In this document: one piece after another, positions 62,245 through 64,000 of the stretch
Position numbering within the stretch: position 1 is the first letter of the stretch
Layout: the number at the start of each line of letters is the position of its first letter
Position numbers and translations under genes: made by a program
DNA from: Gracilinanus agilis
Taxonomy: Eukaryota
Assembly (NCBI RefSeq): GCF_016433145.1
Contig: NC_058130.1
Span: 132,977,214-133,041,213, forward strand
DNA: 64,000 bases
Direction of reading: 5' to 3'
The notes under the pieces: model-generated
What the model saw: the letters and a program-made list of their open reading frames with translations, nothing else
Told to the model about the DNA's origin: nothing
The model's database searches: none

Positions 62245-62452
62245 GGGGGCAGCTAGGTGGCTCAGTGGATTAAGAGCCAGGGCCAGAGACAGAAGGTCCT
62301 GGATTCAAATCTGACCTCAGATACTTCCTAGCTATGTGACCCTGGGCAAGTTGCCTAACCCCCATTGCCTAGCTCTTACCACTCTTATGCCTTGTTAGGA
62401 ATAATACACAGTATTCATTCTAAGACAGAAGGTAAAAGGGTTTTTTTTTTTA
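62245..62452 (+). mobile_element. Full-length SINE1_Mdo-like SINE
   Basis: ggggcagctaggtggctcagtggattaagagcc...ggattcaaatctgacctcagatacttcctagc...ctaagacagaaggtaaaaggg. Confidence 0.85.
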
Positions 62453-64000
62453 AAGCCTTCTTTACAACAACCCTGTAAAATTGACAGTATAAGCATTATA
62501 ATCTGCATCATACACATTAGGAAACTGGGGTTCAGAGAGGAAAAATGCCTTGCCCTTGCTTCTAGAAAAAAGCAATCTATAAGCAGGCCCCTCTACCTCT
62601 TCTTCCTACTTACCTCTCAATTGGTTCCAGTTTGGGCTTCTACCTTCCAAACTCAAGTAAAATGTCTTTTCTCCAGGGCAACATAACAATCATGGGGAAG
62701 TCTCCCAGACCTAATTTTACCCTAAGCTTCAGTCCAGCATCACCATTTGCTTGTTGGACATATCTCTAATTCTTTGTACTTTATGTCTCCCAACCTCAGT
62801 ACCTCTAAAACAGCATTCATTATTTCCCCACTAAACCAACCTCCCCCCACCGAAGCTTCACCATTTCTGTTGAGGAAACAATCACCTTTCCAATAATCTA
62901 GGTGTGCAACTTGGGTGTCATCCTTGACTCTTCCCTCTCCTTCAGCCCCTGTATCCAGTCAGTTGCCAATTCTTATTAATCCTACCTCCCCCTCTCATAG
63001 CTGTCCCCTTCCATTCCCCATATGGCCACAGTCTCACTTTAGGGCTTCTTCATTTGTCACCAGGACTACAGCAATAACCTGCTATTTGGATTCCCAGGAT
63101 ATCTCCTCTCCAATCTATGCTTCAAAGAGCTGCCAAATAATTTTTTAAAGCATAAGTCAGACCACATCACTGCCCTACTCAAGGACCTTCAGTGATTCCC
63201 TATATCCTTTTAGAGTAAAATGGAAACTCCTCAGGTAGCACCTTCAAGACCTTTACGACCTGCCCCTGCCCCCTACCTTTCTAGACTACTACCCGTTACT
63301 CTCTATTCTCTAACTGGCCAGCTTCCTTACTGTTCCTTCAACTCTGTGTCCCATCTGCCAAGTTTGTGCCTGGGTCCAGGCTCCCTATCTTAGCTAGAAT
63401 ACTTGTCTTCCTCACTTCTGCTTCTTCCTTCTCTTAGCTTTCCTCAAGGCTCATGTCATGAACAAGACATCTTCTATGGGAAATCATTCCTGGTTCTCCT
63501 AGGTGGTAGTGTTTTTTTCTCTTTCTCAAACCCATCAGGTATTACTTTTCTGTTTCCTCATCATTTCCCCTAAGCAGAGTATAAATTTCTTAAGGTCATG
63601 GACTCTTTTTTGTCTTTGTATTCTCAGCCCCTGGCATGGTGCTGTATAAAGCATCTATCACTCAGGCAGTTAACATTTGTTGGATTGGATACAATTGTAA
63701 GGAGGGTTAAGAAAACTGGACTCATATATTTTGATTTGAAGTCTAATGCTATTTCCTTTTTGCTATGGAGCTTTTAAAGGATGGTGGGGAGAGGAGAGTT
63801 GATATATATATAAAGACCAAAATAGCAATGTGTTCTTCCATGCCTATAGTTTTAAAAATAGATTCTCATGTATAATCTATATCAAATTACTTGCCTTCTC
63901 AGTATGGGTAAGAGCGGAGAGAGAGAATCTGGAATTGAACATTTTAAAAAACAAAATTTTTTACACATGATTTGAAAAAATAAAATATTTGAAAATAAAA

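Overview
Marsupial genomic DNA. The SINE and L1 content looks didelphid (opossum-like); this species call is an inference. The window is syntenic with the human 16p11.2 BP4-BP5 interval, in inverted orientation. The first ~20 kb is AT-rich and almost entirely repeats: L1 fragments, CORE-type SINEs, L2 remnants and two hAT MITEs with intact TIRs/TSDs. Six complete spliced genes follow, all traced exon by exon with intact frames: MAPK3 (+, 380 aa), GDPD3 (+, 319 aa), YPEL3 (+, 119 aa), TBX6 (+, 433 aa), PPP4C (-, 307 aa) and ALDOA (-, 364 aa). The best lead is a coding exon missed by the ORF track at 62009-62122 (-). It encodes a 37-aa peptide with 10 cysteines (GWAPQCPRCCPLCDCACACQLPECQSLNCLCFEIKLR*), is the last coding exon of an uncharacterised small-protein gene upstream of ALDOA, and has no canonical poly(A) signal before the ALDOA alternative 5' exons, suggesting read-through/bicistronic transcripts. 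Other leads: an in-frame ERK1b-like MAPK3 intron 7, a U12 intron with a distant branch point, a candidate CUG-initiated YPEL3 extension, a MEF2/MEF3/TATA muscle mini-exon of ALDOA with a GC donor, a hydrophobic ORF in the ALDOA 5' intron, and a hAT MITE inserted into a young SINE. Comparisons to human sequences are from memory and need alignment to confirm.
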